A stretch of 38,093 bases of DNA from a virus (taxonomy: Duplodnaviria; Caudoviricetes). Shown piece by piece: positions 1-9,608 of this stretch (within the stretch, counting starts at the first letter, position 1; every line of letters starts with the position of its first letter). The position numbers were made by a program, and so were the translations under genes. The notes under the pieces were generated by a model that was not told the DNA's origin, searched no databases, and worked only from the letters and a program-made list of their open reading frames with translations. The stretch is taken from positions 1 through 38,093 of IMG/VR virus record IMGVR_UViG_3300033512_000133; one strand, 5' to 3'.

Positions 1-272
1 CGTATGGTCTGGCTTGTTGTCGGTGCAACATAGCCCGTAAAAATCGCTGTACCGTCGTCCTCTGTTACCACTGCCATAATCTTTTCGTTGGCACAATCAA
101 ACAGTGTGGTAATATCCTTGCTGTGTTGCAAGGTCATGCTGACGCTGTCGATAACGCTTTTGCGGTCTTCGTTCATGAGCATTCTGTTTATGGTTACAGT
201 ATACGGCTTTACAAGATGCCCTACGTGTACTGGCGTTTGTGCTTGCTGCGGAAAAGTAAGTATTACTTTCAT
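1..272 (-). CDS. Tail protein downstream of tape measure (partial, runs off left edge)
   Basis: ATG at 272 overlaps the tape-measure stop (ATGA). Frame is open to the window edge (MKVILTFPQQ...AIFTGYV). Function inferred from position. Confidence 0.6.
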   Translation of the reverse strand, partial: MKVILTFPQQAQTPVHVGHLVKPYTVTINRMLMNEDRKSVIDSVSMTLQHSKDITTLFDCANEKIMAVVTEDDGTAIFTGYVAPTTSQTI

Positions 273-3200
273 GTTATCACCATGCGTGCTATAAGGTCTT
301 GCTCGATCTCACGGAACATCATCACAAAATTCTCGATGCCGTAGACTGGTGCGTTTATATTGATAATCACTTGTTGCCCCTCACTATATGACTGTTTGTT
401 AATCGGTGCTGGTCGTACTTGTACATGTTCTGCCCTGCCTCCTTCGCCTACCATCATAAGCTGTGGACCTTGTGTGACAAAGTCCGCACCATCGGCGGCT
501 GCATAAGCTTGTAGTTGACTTAATAGGAGGCTGTGGCCGCTAAGGTCTCCATATGTAGACCCATTGACAAAGTCAATTTTCTGTTGCCACATTTTTATAT
601 CCGTCGCAGCTAGTGAATATTGACCTTCATACCAGTACAATTCTCGCGGAGGATTTGCTTTTAGCTTCTTTAACGCATTTGCTTTTGTCGTATAATATTC
701 TTGCTCAGCTCTGCTGGTGTCTATTGCCGTTTGTGCGGCCGTCACTGGTGCTTCGGCTGCGGTCGTGGCTGTGGCAAGGTTGGTTTGTGCTGTCGACATG
801 CCTGTGGCAAATTCCTCATCGCTTATTAAGCCTCTATCCCACTGGTCTTTCAGTATAGTGGCTTCAGTGTCAAATTCACCCCTTAGTTGGTCTAATGTTT
901 CCGATAGCGTTTTTCGTGCAGCGTCTAGTGTTTTTTCAAGTGCTGGAATTGCGTCTGCAAGTGTTCTATTGCTTGCTTCCAGTGCCTTTATGCTTGTTTC
1001 AAGCGATGCGTTTGACTCTTCAAGCGGTGTTACGATTGAATCATCAAGTGCTGTTCCTATAGCGTCTGCTGCTACTCCAACAAGCATTCCTGCGATCGGC
1101 CCCAAAAATGCCCCAGCCATGCCACCAATTCCCTCGGACACAAGCCCGCCCAAGGCATTGCCTAGGCTGTTTCCCAAGCTTGCCACTACCTCGCCGATGC
1201 TTCCACCTTCTATGCTCAATTTGAGTGCTGACGCTAACGAGCTTCCTAATGTTCCTGCTGCCGATTCCCAATCTTTTGCGGCTTTTTCTGCTGCATCGCC
1301 TGCGTCACCTTCTGCTACGATTTCCTCTTTTAGCCCGTCAACATGCGTAGTTATTGCACCAAACGCTTGTTCCGCAGCGACTATTTCGCTACCATCAGCT
1401 TTTGTTTTTTTCTTTGTTGCCGTTTCTAACGCTGTCGCCGCTACTCCTGCTTGGTTGTATGCTACGACTATTTCGCCAGCACCCTTCGCACCTGTAGATG
1501 TTAAATACTGGATCGCCTCGGTGTAGGTGTCAACGCTGTCTTTTGCTCCCATGGCTTGCGATAGCTCTATGGTGCTTTGCTCAAGATCGCCTTGTTTTTG
1601 CCGTAGGTTTTCGGATCCTATTCTTTGTCTGTCTAAGGCTTGTGTGTATTCATCAAGCGGTGCTTGACTTGTTGCTATTGCGTCTAAGAGTTTTGTGATC
1701 TGCCCTTCTACTAATGCTGGAATTTCGCCTTTTGCTTCCAGTGCAAGCAACGAATCAAGATAATCTTGATTAGCCTTCGCCCTTGCCTCAAGTGCTTCGT
1801 ATTCCCCTGTTACCCCTCGACCTTTATTCTTGTCAATGTTGTCGATAGTGTCTTTATGGTCTGTTTCTGCCTGCTTGAGATTTGTCTTTTTCTGTGCAGA
1901 TGTCGCTATGCTCTGGATCACGTTGTTCAACACGCCCATTGCACCCGCTGCAAGTTTTGCTTTTACAAACTGTTCTGCCGTTACTTTAACGCCTGCATCG
2001 CTTGCTTCTTTTAGGTTTTTCGCTGCCCCCTCGGTGTTTGCCATGCTGGCTTTTATAGCCATAGACTCACCCTTGCGGGTTCTGCTTAACCAGTCTATTG
2101 CTTGCTCGTAGGTCGTTATCGCCTTGGTGTCCGCTCCCAACGATTGAGCAAGTTCTACCGTGCTTTTCTCGATGTCGGCTTGTGTGTCCTGTAGCGTTTT
2201 AATCGTAGCATCTTGATTTTCTAATGCTTTTGTGTACGATTCCAGGTTAACTTTTGCCTTTTTGTATGCGTCTAAGTCTGCTTCAGGGATTTCTGCCTTG
2301 CTCTGTGCGTCGTATAAATCGTTGATATATTTCTTGTGAGCCTGAACAAACGCCTTTTCTTTGTCTATCCCTTCTTCCATTAAGCCAATCTTAACGATTT
2401 CATTTGCAAGTTCAGCGTCAAGCTCTTTTTTCCGTAGTGCCTGCTTGGCGGTAACGGTTGCTTTCTCGGCATCTGCTATCGTTTTGTTGGCATTATCAAA
2501 TAATGTCGCACTATCTATTTTTGCTTCCGTTTCACTCGCTGTCGCCTTTTCGAGTGCTTCCGCTGCTACCCCTGCATCGTCGAAAGCGTCACTGAAACCT
2601 GTCACTTTGTCTGGTGCTGTGCTCTTGCTAATGTATTCCAGAGCTTCCTTAAAGGTGTCGCTTGCTGTAGCAGATGCGCCCAGTGCTTTGGCGTAGGTCT
2701 GTGCCGATTCTGCTATGCCCTTTTGCGTGTCTCGTAGTGCCTTTGCCGTATCGCCTTGCGTTTTTAAGCTGGCGTTGTAGTCGTCAAGTTTTGCTTGTGC
2801 CTCGCTGGCGTTCTTGACCATTCCTAATAATTGCTCTGCCCTAACTGGTGCTATGTCGCCATCTGCCAATGCGTTTCGTGTGCTTTCAACATAGGTATTC
2901 CACGCCTTCGCCATGCCTTCTAAACCTTGCTTTTGTGTCAGTGTTATATCTTTCGCTTTGGCAAGATTCGCATTAAACGCTTCCCAAATCTCATTGCTTT
3001 TTGCTTCTTGTGCTGCTTGTTCCTCGGCGGTCTTTGCCTCGCTTCCAGCACTTTCAGCTTCAATAAAAGCATTTTTTACCGTGCTGTCGTCTACTTTAAT
3101 TTCGTTTCGTACCATCTTTGTCAACAGCTCGTCGGCGTATCGTTTGTTTTCTGCTGCTATCGCTTTGACCCTTACAAGCTCGTTGGCTCCTGCAAGGTTT

Positions 3201-5386
3201 TGGTATTCCTCAATCTCTTTAATGTTTGCTATATGCTCGTCATTTACGGCTGTTGTTGCCTCGGCGATCTTTTTTAGTGCCTCGGCTTTTTCATCGGCAC
3301 TTTTTTTGGCTTCCTCAGCGACTTTTACTGCGTTGCTTGCGTCGTTAAAGGCTTTAATCTCTTTTGACATATCGCCAATAGATGCACTTGCAATTTTCCC
3401 TGCCCCTGCCGCTTGTAAAAGAGCTTTTATATAGTTTTCTTCCTCTGCTACGGTGGCTTGCAATTTCGCATAGGTGTCTGCTGTTGGGTCTTTATTTATT
3501 TCCGTAAGCTTTGTCGCATGATCTTTCTTCATAGACGCTAATGCAGTTTTCTGTGCTGCCGTTGCCTCTTGTGCTTGAGCGTTTTTCATGGCGTTCAATG
3601 CGGTGGTAAGGCTTTTGGTTATTTCAGATTCTGCTATTTTGCCATCTTTCACCGCGTCAAGAAGGTCTGATGCAAAGCCTTTGTGAAGGTTTGCTAGTGC
3701 GTTAAATCGATCTTCCTCGGTTGTGATTATGTTCTTCGTAAATTTCGTAGCGACAAGTTTAATCTCAGCGTCATACTTCGCCGTAAGGTCTTTTAGGCTA
3801 AATGCTGTTCCAGAGGCTGTTGTGGTAGTGGTATTGGTAGCGGTGGTGGTGCTTGGCAGTTGTGACGGCACATCCCAAGGTCGCTTACCATTGTCGCCTG
3901 GTAAATGTAGCTTCAAAAACTCCATGTACTCGGCTTTCATTTTTTTGAGAGTCTCTTCCCCTTCTGTTGCAAATCGTCCATAGGTTTCTCGGTTAGATGC
4001 AGAAATATTATTATTTGTTGAGCGTTCCTTGTCCTCACGGATTCTCTGTGATTGGGCAAATAACGCCGCTGCCATTCTTACGCTTTCTTCTTCCGCTCGT
4101 GCCTTAGCACCCTTTTCCGCTAACCTTGCCGCTTCTGAAGCACTCAAGTTATACGTGTCTAACCCTTTTGTCAGCTGTGGGTATAGGGTTTTAAGTTTAT
4201 CCGCTTGCTCTACGGTGATCTTTTGTGCATCACCCATCTTTTTTATTGATGTTACAAGCTCCTCATGTTCTTCTTTGGCTCGCTTGGATTCATCGGCAAG
4301 GCGTTTCATTTGGGTTTCTGGCTTCATTTCGTTGATTACTGCCCATGCGGCGGCAAAGGCTCCAACGACTGCTACGCCTGCCAAAAAATAGGGGTTTGTG
4401 GCTTTTACTAATATCTGTGTTGCCACAAGCTTCAAGTTAGCCTTTTGTAGTGTTTCCACCACACCGATAAGCCCCGTCACGCCCATTATTGCGGGCCCTA
4501 TCATGCCTGCAAAGACTCCACCTGCAATAATCAAGCCTTTTGCCGCATCGGGTAGGCTCGCAAATCCTTCTGCCAAGTCCGTTACGCCTTCTATCACGCT
4601 TGTAACGGCTGGTAGCATAATGTTGCCAAGGTCTACGCCTGCCGTTTTAAGCCCATCTATGGCGGTGGACAGCTTGCCAGAAGCGGTTTGCCCCATAGTG
4701 ACCATCATGTTGTTGAATCGTCCACCTTCGCCTGTTACGCTTTTGAACGCTTCCTGCACCATGGCAAAGGTTATCTCGCCTTTTTCCATTTTTGCACGCA
4801 AGTCGGAATAGCTCTCGCCTGTTTTTTCGGATATTTCCAGCAAAGGATTGAAGCCTGCATTGATAAGCTGTAAAAGGTCTTGCCCCTGCAATTTCCCAGC
4901 ACTGGAAACTTGCCCGAACACCAGGGCAAGCTGTCCAAGCTTCTGCCCGTCGCCCATGGCAACGTCGCCTAACTGCATCATAGAGGCTTTTGCCACGTCT
5001 GCCGATAGCCCAAACTGCATCATGGTTTTCATGGCATTGGTAAGGTCACCTGTTTCGTATGGTGTGGTATTGGCAATGTCTCGCAGTTCCAGCATAAGCT
5101 GTTTGCCCTTGCTCATGTCTTTGAGCATAACGCCAAACGCCACCTGGTTTTTTTCCATGTCCATGGCAAATTTTATACTCGCTGCACCAACGGCCGCTAA
5201 GGGTAGGGTTATTCCCATGGTCAGACTTTGACCTATGCCTTGCCATGCCTGACGCATTTCGGCGGCTTTGGCTTTGGCAGTTGCAGCGGTTTTCTCGCTT
5301 GTGTCATCCAGCTTTTTTAGTGCCGCTATTGCCGTTCCTACTTCCGCTTGAACTACAATCCTCAATTCTTCGATGGTTATTGCCAT
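269..5386 (-). CDS. Tail tape measure protein
   Basis: 1705 aa, Ala/Glu/Lys-rich, with an N-terminal tape-measure domain (TPYETGDL...GQVSSAGKLQGQDLLQL) and hydrophobic Gly/Ala segments. Follows the tail chaperone. Confidence 0.93.
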   Translation of the reverse strand: MAITIEELRIVVQAEVGTAIAALKKLDDTSEKTAATAKAKAAEMRQAWQGIGQSLTMGITLPLAAVGAASIKFAMDMEKNQVAFGVMLKDMSKGKQLMLELRDIANTTPYETGDLTNAMKTMMQFGLSADVAKASMMQLGDVAMGDGQKLGQLALVFGQVSSAGKLQGQDLLQLINAGFNPLLEISEKTGESYSDLRAKMEKGEITFAMVQEAFKSVTGEGGRFNNMMVTMGQTASGKLSTAIDGLKTAGVDLGNIMLPAVTSVIEGVTDLAEGFASLPDAAKGLIIAGGVFAGMIGPAIMGVTGLIGVVETLQKANLKLVATQILVKATNPYFLAGVAVVGAFAAAWAVINEMKPETQMKRLADESKRAKEEHEELVTSIKKMGDAQKITVEQADKLKTLYPQLTKGLDTYNLSASEAARLAEKGAKARAEEESVRMAAALFAQSQRIREDKERSTNNNISASNRETYGRFATEGEETLKKMKAEYMEFLKLHLPGDNGKRPWDVPSQLPSTTTATNTTTTTASGTAFSLKDLTAKYDAEIKLVATKFTKNIITTEEDRFNALANLHKGFASDLLDAVKDGKIAESEITKSLTTALNAMKNAQAQEATAAQKTALASMKKDHATKLTEINKDPTADTYAKLQATVAEEENYIKALLQAAGAGKIASASIGDMSKEIKAFNDASNAVKVAEEAKKSADEKAEALKKIAEATTAVNDEHIANIKEIEEYQNLAGANELVRVKAIAAENKRYADELLTKMVRNEIKVDDSTVKNAFIEAESAGSEAKTAEEQAAQEAKSNEIWEAFNANLAKAKDITLTQKQGLEGMAKAWNTYVESTRNALADGDIAPVRAEQLLGMVKNASEAQAKLDDYNASLKTQGDTAKALRDTQKGIAESAQTYAKALGASATASDTFKEALEYISKSTAPDKVTGFSDAFDDAGVAAEALEKATASETEAKIDSATLFDNANKTIADAEKATVTAKQALRKKELDAELANEIVKIGLMEEGIDKEKAFVQAHKKYINDLYDAQSKAEIPEADLDAYKKAKVNLESYTKALENQDATIKTLQDTQADIEKSTVELAQSLGADTKAITTYEQAIDWLSRTRKGESMAIKASMANTEGAAKNLKEASDAGVKVTAEQFVKAKLAAGAMGVLNNVIQSIATSAQKKTNLKQAETDHKDTIDNIDKNKGRGVTGEYEALEARAKANQDYLDSLLALEAKGEIPALVEGQITKLLDAIATSQAPLDEYTQALDRQRIGSENLRQKQGDLEQSTIELSQAMGAKDSVDTYTEAIQYLTSTGAKGAGEIVVAYNQAGVAATALETATKKKTKADGSEIVAAEQAFGAITTHVDGLKEEIVAEGDAGDAAEKAAKDWESAAGTLGSSLASALKLSIEGGSIGEVVASLGNSLGNALGGLVSEGIGGMAGAFLGPIAGMLVGVAADAIGTALDDSIVTPLEESNASLETSIKALEASNRTLADAIPALEKTLDAARKTLSETLDQLRGEFDTEATILKDQWDRGLISDEEFATGMSTAQTNLATATTAAEAPVTAAQTAIDTSRAEQEYYTTKANALKKLKANPPRELYWYEGQYSLAATDIKMWQQKIDFVNGSTYGDLSGHSLLLSQLQAYAAADGADFVTQGPQLMMVGEGGRAEHVQVRPAPINKQSYSEGQQVIININAPVYGIENFVMMFREIEQDLIARMVIT

Positions 5387-5712
5387 GGATTTTTCCCTGC
5401 CTCTCTTTCTGCCTTGCCTTGGTCGCTATCGCCCCAGATGTATTCTAAATGCTGAATCACGGCTATTATGTGCTTTGGATGCTCTGCCCAGCTTTTATCA
5501 AGTGGTAGCTTCCCTTTGTAATGAAACCACCACCACGCCTCCCGCCATTGCCAAAAAGCGTCTGTTATGTAGCTTGGAATATCCTGTTTTTCTAAAGCTA
5601 TAGCACTTTTGCCTTTACCGACAATGATTTTATGACTTTTTGTCCATGGGGAGGTTTTGCTTCCGCCACTTCCTGCAAGACCGTCGAGCCAGATGGTAAA
5701 TCCGATACCAAT
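5377..5712 (-). CDS. Tail assembly chaperone, -1 frameshift extension (gpT-like segment)
   Basis: The -1 frame after the A9 tract (5712-5720) is open to TAA at 5377. It has no Met start and contains a LPxxxxWxExP-type motif. Confidence 0.75.
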   Translation of the reverse strand: MGIGFTIWLDGLAGSGGSKTSPWTKSHKIIVGKGKSAIALEKQDIPSYITDAFWQWREAWWWFHYKGKLPLDKSWAEHPKHIIAVIQHLEYIWGDSDQGKAEREAGKNPWQ

Positions 5713-6101
5713 TTTTTTTTATCCACCGTTTCACGCCGTCGCACCTCTTGTGTAATCTCTTGCGTGATTCGACTCAATGGCAAGCTTGCCATAAACAGCT
5801 CTCTTGGGTCGGTTAGCGGTCGTACTTCACCCTGTTTGTTGCGTACATTGATGTTTTCTATCTTTTTTATACGCTCTGCAAAACATTCCGATTGGTACGC
5901 CTCTACAAACGCAATGTCTTCCGCGTCGCCCTGTGTTGCTTGGGATCGCACTATTGCAACGGCTTTTCGTTGTGCTCGGCTGTCGGCAACATAGCTAAGC
6001 GGCCCCACGTGTATTCTAATACGCTCGGCTTCTGGCAAGGTTCTGTTGCCCTCATATTCTGGCTCAAAAATATCCACGCTATCATCAATATCAAAAATCA
6101 T
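5598..6101 (-). CDS. Tail assembly chaperone (gpG-like)
   Basis: Lies between tail tube and tape measure and contains slippery GAT AAA AAA AAA TTG. Start re-called to ATG 6101. Confidence 0.75.
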   Translation of the reverse strand: MIFDIDDSVDIFEPEYEGNRTLPEAERIRIHVGPLSYVADSRAQRKAVAIVRSQATQGDAEDIAFVEAYQSECFAERIKKIENINVRNKQGEVRPLTDPRELFMASLPLSRITQEITQEVRRRETVDKKKLVSDLPSGSTVLQEVAEAKPPHGQKVIKSLSVKAKVL

Positions 6102-6155
6102 AGAAACCCCTTGCCCCCTACCATGCGGAGGGCTTCGCATCGCATCACGTCACTA

Positions 6156-6830
6156 TTACGCAGGAACGTCTATGGTTACACGGCTCACTTTTTCGCCAAC
6201 AGCTGGCTTAATTTCTACGGTGTACTCTTGCAAGCTCCCCGCCTGTGCTCCTGCTTCGTAGCTACCAATCTCGAATTTACCGACAAAACATATAACCTTT
6301 TCACCTGGTATAAAGTCGCCCTGCTGGAACATGATGCACCAAATAGCGTCCTTGCTTGCTTTTGTTTTAGTGACACCCGAAACGGTATCGGTAAAGCGTT
6401 TTACAACCGTGTCTTCGTTTACGTCTTCCACGAATGCAAGACTTCCTGTAATGGTTCTGCGACCAAGCAAAAATACATCATTGTCGTCCAAAAGTGTTGT
6501 CGCATCGGTTTCTTTTCGCTTAAACTGTAGCTTCCAACTTTTAACGGGCTTTCCGCCCACCTTAAAATCAGGCAATGGAAAAACTGCGTCACCTGTTTTA
6601 AGCACCAGTGCACCATCGCTATAGAACACGTCACGCTCTTCGAGATTTCCAAGACCCGATACGGCAGCCTTTACACTAACACGATAGAACCCTTCACCTT
6701 TCTTGCTTGCAGCAAGCCCACCACATAATTCATCCAAGGTCTTTGTGCCGTCAGCAGTTGTAATTACATCTTTCAAATCGCCAATAACGACAAAGCCGTC
6801 GTCGCCCTGTAATCTTGTAATATCACTCAT
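6156..6830 (-). CDS. Major tail tube protein (putative)
   Basis: 224 aa, beta-rich, with a ETDATTLLD motif typical of tail tubes. Position after the tail terminator fits. Confidence 0.7.
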   Translation of the reverse strand: MSDITRLQGDDGFVVIGDLKDVITTADGTKTLDELCGGLAASKKGEGFYRVSVKAAVSGLGNLEERDVFYSDGALVLKTGDAVFPLPDFKVGGKPVKSWKLQFKRKETDATTLLDDNDVFLLGRRTITGSLAFVEDVNEDTVVKRFTDTVSGVTKTKASKDAIWCIMFQQGDFIPGEKVICFVGKFEIGSYEAGAQAGSLQEYTVEIKPAVGEKVSRVTIDVPA

Positions 6831-6842
6831 CTCTAATACTCC

Positions 6843-7217
6843 TTATATAATTTTGTACGTTATAGTTACATCAAACTGAAACTTATATACGCCCTTGTCT
6901 GCCTCGCCACGTTTACCGCCCATGACCACGCCATAGACTAACACGCCTTTTCTTTCGCCTCGTAGCGTTTTAACGCCGTCAAATACTTGGTCTCGCAGTA
7001 TATGTCCTGCAAATCGGTCGTCGTGCCATACTTCAATCTGAAACCTGCCAGAATACTCATTTCTGTTGAGCGTTTGCGACACGTTCTCAGAAACCTGCAA
7101 AATTACAAGATACGGAAAAACCGCATTGTCTGGTGCTTCCAGCTCGTATATTTTCGCTACGCCTGTTGTTTTTGCTTCCACAGCATCGTATAGAACCTCT
7201 GGTATTCTTCCGCTCAT
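6843..7217 (-). CDS. Tail terminator / tail completion protein (DUF3168-like)
   Basis: APDNAVFPYLVI and FQIEVW motifs, plus synteny. Confidence 0.75.
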   Translation of the reverse strand: MSGRIPEVLYDAVEAKTTGVAKIYELEAPDNAVFPYLVILQVSENVSQTLNRNEYSGRFQIEVWHDDRFAGHILRDQVFDGVKTLRGERKGVLVYGVVMGGKRGEADKGVYKFQFDVTITYKII

Positions 7218-7633
7218 TGCAGTTTCTCCTTTAACGCTTTTTTACACTCCTGCTGGAACATGTACGGCAAACGCCCTTTTACCGCCTCAAATGCTGGTCG
7301 CAAGTATGGTCTTGCCCGAATTGTCCTCACTTTGCCACTAGAGCTTTTTATTGTGCCTCCAAACTCATGTATCTGTGCATACGGCACGTTTGTGCCTACG
7401 TGCAATGTGTACACAGTTTCTGGCGTGCTTACTCCATCGCCTTCCTTTGCCAACGCCCCTATGGTTGCAGCAACTTTGTCGGTGGCAAAACTTACGCTTG
7501 CAATCAATCGACCTGTGTCAACAAGATGCTGCGTCTTTACGTTTCGCATGGCATCGCCTTGCAACATCATCCCTGCGGTTCTGAGTGCTTTATCGACGGC
7601 ACCGCCTATTATTCCCTCCCAATCGTGGCTCAT
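7214..7633 (-). CDS. HK97 gp10-like neck / virion morphogenesis protein
   Basis: VDTGRLIAS, VGTNVPYAQIHEFGG and ARPYLRPAF motifs. Confidence 0.88.
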   Translation of the reverse strand: MSHDWEGIIGGAVDKALRTAGMMLQGDAMRNVKTQHLVDTGRLIASVSFATDKVAATIGALAKEGDGVSTPETVYTLHVGTNVPYAQIHEFGGTIKSSSGKVRTIRARPYLRPAFEAVKGRLPYMFQQECKKALKEKLQ

Positions 7634-7938
7634 ATCTCTTCCATCTCTATTTGTATCGCTTTTGTGCTAAACGGCTCGATTGATTGTATCGTGTACCGCT
7701 TGCCCCCTATGTCTGCCTCTTTTGGCTCTGCTGTAATCACGCTTTGAGAATAATCCATAAGAACCGACACGCTTTCGCGAAGTTTGTCAGCACTTGATTC
7801 TTTGCCTCGCCTTGTGATGCTTTTCGTGACCGCACACTCATACGTGCCACATAATTCTTCCGATCGTTCCACGCCATACACTGCTCCTTTCACCACCTTG
7901 TACAGGCTTATTGGTTTCGCTATTGCTCTTGGGATCAT
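7630..7938 (-). CDS. Head-tail joining (head closure) protein, putative
   Basis: Synteny and C-terminal IGGKRYTIQSIEP. Start re-called to the ATGA overlap at 7938. Confidence 0.55.
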   Translation of the reverse strand: MIPRAIAKPISLYKVVKGAVYGVERSEELCGTYECAVTKSITRRGKESSADKLRESVSVLMDYSQSVITAEPKEADIGGKRYTIQSIEPFSTKAIQIEMEEI

Positions 7939-8429
7939 CTGACTATCCGTATCCCGCCACAGCAATCACGCACCACTGGCTCTATTGCTCGCTCTATACT
8001 TGGGTATCGGGTTTCGCTTGGTGCTCCTGCCTCATACGTTGTCGACAGTGGACCCATTGTTTCATTCTGTATTCGCCCCCCTCGTGCTGAACTTGGTGCT
8101 AAATCTTCTGTTAACGCTATCAACGCCGCCTCGCACGTTGCCGATTTTATCGCTCCTGGTACACCGACAAGCTCATAACCCCTTTTGTCTGTTGCCCACG
8201 ATCTTGGCCATTCCAAGGCTTGTGCTTGCGATAACTTTTCGCTTGAAAATCGCCTGCGATACTTGCCGTCAATGTATCGTGTTGCCTTGATGAGTGCTGC
8301 CGTTCGTAGTGCATCGGTCGACGCTACCCATGCTGGTGCAGTGTCTACGTGATACGCCAGAGAATCGGCAAGCGTTACATAACTATTGGCTGTCGCAAGC
8401 CCTGTGCCATCTTCAACTATGATTGCCAT
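7935..8429 (-). CDS. Head-tail adaptor (DnaT-like phage family)
   Basis: IVEDGTGLATANSYVT...QALEWPR signature. Confidence 0.85.
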   Translation of the reverse strand: MAIIVEDGTGLATANSYVTLADSLAYHVDTAPAWVASTDALRTAALIKATRYIDGKYRRRFSSEKLSQAQALEWPRSWATDKRGYELVGVPGAIKSATCEAALIALTEDLAPSSARGGRIQNETMGPLSTTYEAGAPSETRYPSIERAIEPVVRDCCGGIRIVR

Positions 8430-8643
8430 GTTCACCTTCCAAGAGTGCCAGCAATTCTATTTTGGTAGCACGTTTTGGGAATGGTATGCCAAGCTCGGTT
8501 AATCGTGTCCGTAGCCCGTCAACCGTCCATTCCTGTACCGCTTCCTGTACTGGTTGCTGTGTCGGCTCGTGTTCTACTGCAATAACTGGTGTGACAGTGC
8601 GCACGGTTTCCCGCCGTGCCCTGTTAAATGCCGCCATACCCAT
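8413..8643 (-). CDS. Small HeH/LEM (Rho-N-like) domain protein after capsid gene
   Basis: WTVDGLRTRLTELGIPFPKRATKIELLALL helix-extension-helix pattern. Confidence 0.7.
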   Translation of the reverse strand: MGMAAFNRARRETVRTVTPVIAVEHEPTQQPVQEAVQEWTVDGLRTRLTELGIPFPKRATKIELLALLEGEHGNHS

Positions 8644-9605
8644 TATGCTATCTTGTGTACCAGTCGCACTATGCGAATGGCTTTGTCTGGATATGCCTTC
8701 GACCAGTTTGCTGCGGTCTGAAGTTCTGTAAGGCTAGGTCCTACTCCTGCAGCTGTGCCTACCCATTTTATACCTCGTGGGTGAATAATCATGTGCTTGC
8801 GATTAATCAGCACGTCTGTACCTGCCAAGCTATCTCTGTCGGTCTCAACTGGTGTAGGTTCGCCACCTTCGGCGTATCCTATTGCACCAGCACCAAACAA
8901 ATAGGTAGTGTACACGCCAGTTGCCACAGGTGCACCATCGTCCACTACCAGCCGTCTACCCAAAATAGTATCAAGCTCTGGTGCAGACTGTGCCGTTCCT
9001 GCTGCCTTGGTATCAAGCAATTTTAGTTTCGACAGCTTGTACATAACCGCACTGTGTACCAACATCCCTGTTAGCTGTACGCCAGCGTCGCCAAGTTTCG
9101 CTATTGCATCTACTATTGCGTCATACGAAATAATCTCTGCTCCGCCTGTAAGTGCCGAAATGTCCAAGGTATGTGTGCTTGCCAATGGCCCAGTCGCTGC
9201 GAAAATGCCTTTAAGCACCGCAAGCAACCGTTTCTGCTGTTGTGCCGCCCAATACGCCGCCACTTGATCGGCTATTGCTCGCATAGGGTCACTGCCTGCA
9301 ACCGCTCCCACAAGTTCGTTGCTTCCCCACGCCTTACCCACAAACTGCACGGCTGCTGCGTCTTGCCCTGTGGTAATCTTTCCGGGTGTCAACGCTGCAG
9401 AATCGCTTAAATCCTCCGCATCGCCAGAGCCGTTTAAGTCGTTCCAGAATGGCAAGTTTACCACTGTACCACCCTTTGGTATGGTTATACCTGGGACGTT
9501 TGCCATTATCCCGCTAGACTGCAATACCGATAATTCTGTGGTTCGTCTTATTACATACGGCAAAAATACTTCAGGGACAATTATGTCCGTTAATCTCGTT
9601 TCCAT
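8643..9605 (-). CDS. Major capsid protein (SPP1 gp13-like)
   Basis: TRLTDIIVPEVFLPY, VNLPFWNDLNG, GSDPMRAIADQVAAYW and HPRGIKW motifs. Confidence 0.93.
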   Translation of the reverse strand: METRLTDIIVPEVFLPYVIRRTTELSVLQSSGIMANVPGITIPKGGTVVNLPFWNDLNGSGDAEDLSDSAALTPGKITTGQDAAAVQFVGKAWGSNELVGAVAGSDPMRAIADQVAAYWAAQQQKRLLAVLKGIFAATGPLASTHTLDISALTGGAEIISYDAIVDAIAKLGDAGVQLTGMLVHSAVMYKLSKLKLLDTKAAGTAQSAPELDTILGRRLVVDDGAPVATGVYTTYLFGAGAIGYAEGGEPTPVETDRDSLAGTDVLINRKHMIIHPRGIKWVGTAAGVGPSLTELQTAANWSKAYPDKAIRIVRLVHKIA

Positions 9606-9608
9606 ATT

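Noticed and set aside
613-5231. Many plus-strand ORFs opposite the tape measure gene
   Set aside because: They are Ser/Ala/Phe-rich antisense shadows of a biased-codon gene, with no motifs or evident RBS.
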